From Ginglymostoma cirratum (Eukaryota), in NCBI GenBank assembly GCA_024137785.1, contig JAHRHZ010000016.1, positions 38,811,305 to 38,875,304 on the forward strand: 64,000 nucleotides of DNA. Direction: 5' to 3'. Below are positions 61,310 through 64,000 of the stretch, one piece after another (position 1 is the first letter of the stretch; each line of letters opens with the position of its first letter). A model generated the notes under the pieces. The model made no database searches, was not told the origin of the DNA, and saw nothing but the letters and a program-made list of their open reading frames with translations. The position numbers were made by a program, and so were the translations under genes.

Positions 61310-61941
61310 TGTTATGATACCGTTGCTTTAAGAGGCGTATCTTGACCTGATTTTTTTACGAAGAAAGGTTGATACAGAGGTGCTGAGCAGTCTGCTTAAA
61401 AACCAGTAAAGTAAATAAAGAGGTCTTGGGTGTGTTTTTTTTTTAAGTTGGAACAACAGAAGCAGCCTGAATGGGTAAGGTCAAGAACTAGTATTTTCTT
61501 TCAGTTTTAGCCTTCAGTAGCAGTTGCTAGGGTCTTGAAATTGGATGTAGAAGTTTGTATTCTTCTCTCTGTTACAACTAAAAACTGGGGCTCTCTTCCT
61601 GCTGCTAGAATTGCACATGAGACATTTTTTTTTATTGAATTTGCCTTTGCCAAGGGTGTGTTTATAGGATGTAACAATATTGGAGCAATTAGTTAGTAGT
61701 AGCTAATACATATATTGTTTTGTTAAGCATTTTGATTGAGACAGAATGAAGCCAATTATTTTATTTTTACTTTGTCTGCATTTTAACAATAGTGTATGAA
61801 GAGTTTGTTTTGCTTCAAGTCTGATAGTTTGACCAATCAAATTGCATTTGGAACACAACACCTTACACTTACCTTTAAAATAAGAAAAGGTTATGATTTA
61901 GATTGCCACCTTTAATATACTTTGAGTGGGTTTTGTCTGGT
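61310..61941. mobile_element. Probable solo LTR, truncated at one end
   Basis: Starts TGTTATGA, is ~630 bp and non-coding, and resembles an elasmobranch LTR family as I recall it. The terminal CA is missing. Confidence 0.5.
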
Positions 61942-62180
61942 GAGCTGAAATATTCATTAGTGAGTGATGAGGGGCCTATTTATATGTATTAGTCTACATT
62001 AACATTTCATTATTACATAATCCCACCTCATTAATATGCATGCTGACATCCTCTGAATGGAAAACAGATGCTAACAATTTGTGACATGAAAGCCAAAGTG
62101 ACTCCAGCTCACTGCTTGATTCTCCAGACCTCCTCCTTGGACAAGTTACCAATACCTTGGAATACCTCCATGGCAGCGAC

Positions 62181-62466
62181 CATAGAGTCATAGAGTTGTA
62201 CAGCATGGAAACAGATCCTTCAATCTAAATCATCCATAATGACCAGGTACCCTAAATTAATCTAGTTACATTTGTCAGCATTTGGCCCATAAATCTCTAA
62301 ACCCTTGATAACAAGGTGTAGAGCTGGATGAACACAGCAGGTCAGACAGCATCAGAGGAGCAGGAAAGCTGATGTTTCGGGTCTAGACCCCTCTAAACCC
62401 TTCCTATTCATGCATCCATCCAGATACTTTTACAATGTCGTAATTGTACAAGACTCCATCACTTTC
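62181..62466 (-). mobile_element. HER1/CR1 3' end interrupted by a PLE fragment
   Basis: Reverse complement of 14190-14375. Confidence 0.88.
62307..62390 (-). mobile_element. Short (84 bp) PLE family A insertion truncated within the hammerhead
   Basis: Perfect 12-bp TSD ctctaaaccctt at 62295-62306 and 62391-62402. The minus strand begins GGGTCTAGACCCGAAACATC. Confidence 0.92.
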
Positions 62467-62822
62467 ACTTCATCACCACATGCAACTCCTGTCCACAGAG
62501 CTTGGCATCTGACATGTCCAGCCTCACTGAATTATTATGCACTTTCCTGATCCACTTACAATATGGTACTGCACTTCAAAGCTCACCATCCCCTTTCATT
62601 GAAAGGTTGCTGTGAGGACACTTTGCACAAGGTCAGGAAACCATCTCGTGGATTGGACCAATGTGTGTTTCTCCAGGATCATCGCTTGCTGTTTTTGATG
62701 CCCACTTGTTTTGTGCTTGCCAAGAAAAGTCCTCTTTTTCTCCTGGGCCTCTGTTTAATTAGCTTCTCCTTCAGCTAATTTCATTACGGACAATTAGCAA
62801 AAGCTACCTGCTAATGAGTGTA

Positions 62823-63465
62823 TCAGAGATAATAGGAACTGCAGATGCTGGAGAATCCGAGATAACAAGGTGTGGAGCTGGATGAACACAGCAGGCCAAG
62901 CAGCATCATAAAAGCAGGAAAGCTTGACGTTTCGGGCCTAGGCCCTTCATCTGATGAAGGGTNNNNNNNNNNNNNNNNNNNNNNNNNNNNNNNNNNNNNN
63001 NNNNNNNNNNNNNNNNNNNNNNNNNNNNNNNNNNNNNNNNNNNNNNNNNNNNNNNNNNNNNNNNNNNNNNNNNNNNNNNNNNNNNNNNNNNNNNNNNNNN
63101 NNNNNNNNNNNNNNNNNNNNNNNNNNNNNNNNNNNNNNNNNNNNNNNNNNNNNNNNNNNNNNNNNNNNNNNNNNNNNNNNNNNNNNNNNNNNNNNNNNNN
63201 NNNNNNNNNNNNNNNNNNNNNNNNNNNNNNNNNNNNNNNNNNNNNNNNNNNNNNNNNNNNNNNNNNNNNNNNNNNNNNNNNNNNNNNNNNNNNNNNNNNN
63301 NNNNNNNNNNNNNNNNNNNNNNNNNNNNNNNNNNNNNNNNNNNNNNNNNNNNNNNNNNNNNNACCCTTCATCAGATGAAGGGCCTAGGCCCGAAACGTCA
63401 AGCTTTCCTGCTTTTATGATGCTGCTTGGCCTGCTGTGTTCATCCAGCTCCACATCTTGTTATCT
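62823..63465. mobile_element. Young fold-back PLE family A insertion spanning the 400-N gap
   Basis: Perfect 15-bp TSD ctgctaatgagtgta at 62808-62822 and 63466-63480. The arms on either side of the gap are reverse complements. Confidence 0.9.
62963..63362. other. Assembly gap (400 N)
   Basis: Run of N. Confidence 0.99.
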
Positions 63466-64000
63466 CTGCTAATGAGTGTAGCCAACTTAAAGAGTTGGAG
63501 ATCCTCAAGAATATGTGCTAGCCTCACATGCTGCCTGGCCAATGCTTAGCTCAACATTGCATTCTTTGAAAAGCGACTGCGCAAATATTTGTGCGCTGAT
63601 GTCTTAACAGGGTCTAGCCTGTGTAGGTCAGGAATCATGGCTTTTAAGCTCAAATGGGAAAGCAGAACAAATTTCTCCCATTATCCTTCACTATTTCCTC
63701 AAACTATTAAGGTAATAGATTTGCATCCATAATTTTTATAGGCCTCCAGTGCTTTACAACTTAATATTTTGGTCTGTGTTGTCACTGTAGTACAGAGATT
63801 AGCAAGGATCAAGGCTTGATCCTTAGTTCATTGGTCTGAACTATCTGCTCTTTATCCAAAGCAAAGAGATGTCATGATTAGCCCAGTGCATCTACAGTAA
63901 GGCAAAATGAAAATCAAAAATAGCATACATTCCTATATTGCTGTTCATTGAAAGTGACACATTTTCAGGACTATGGAAGAAGGCCAACAGAGTGAAAATA

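Noticed and set aside
62823-63472. Long ORFs across the N gap (also 2388-3258)
   Set aside because: They are open only because N codons are untranslatable. The recurring peptide MLLGLLCSSSSTPCY is a reading of the non-coding PLE terminal repeat.

Overview
Repeat-dense eukaryotic genomic DNA, almost certainly from a shark or ray. This is inferred from HE1-type V-SINEs, HER1/CR1-clade LINEs and DeuSINE-like elements. The scaffold has two N gaps (2708-2807 and 62963-63362). I could not identify any host protein-coding gene, tRNA gene, rRNA gene or CRISPR array; nearly every ORF in the track is a decayed retroelement fragment or an antisense shadow of one. The window contains many CR1 fragments, a second CR1/L2-superfamily LINE with a partner tRNA-SINE, L2 and RTE pieces, three very old Ty3/Gypsy internal fossils, a probable solo LTR, and a Rex1/Babar-like non-autonomous element with a 37-bp minisatellite. 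The most notable signal is a set of Penelope-like element (PLE) derivatives from two families. They include short (about 85-270 bp) insertions and fold-back insertions with 12-18 bp target-site duplications (TSDs). Their ends or hairpin centres repeatedly fall on a minimal hammerhead-ribozyme motif (CTGA[T/A/G]GA-A-stem II-GAAACGT[C/T]). Family names come from motif recognition only, with no database search, and boundaries of old elements are approximate.
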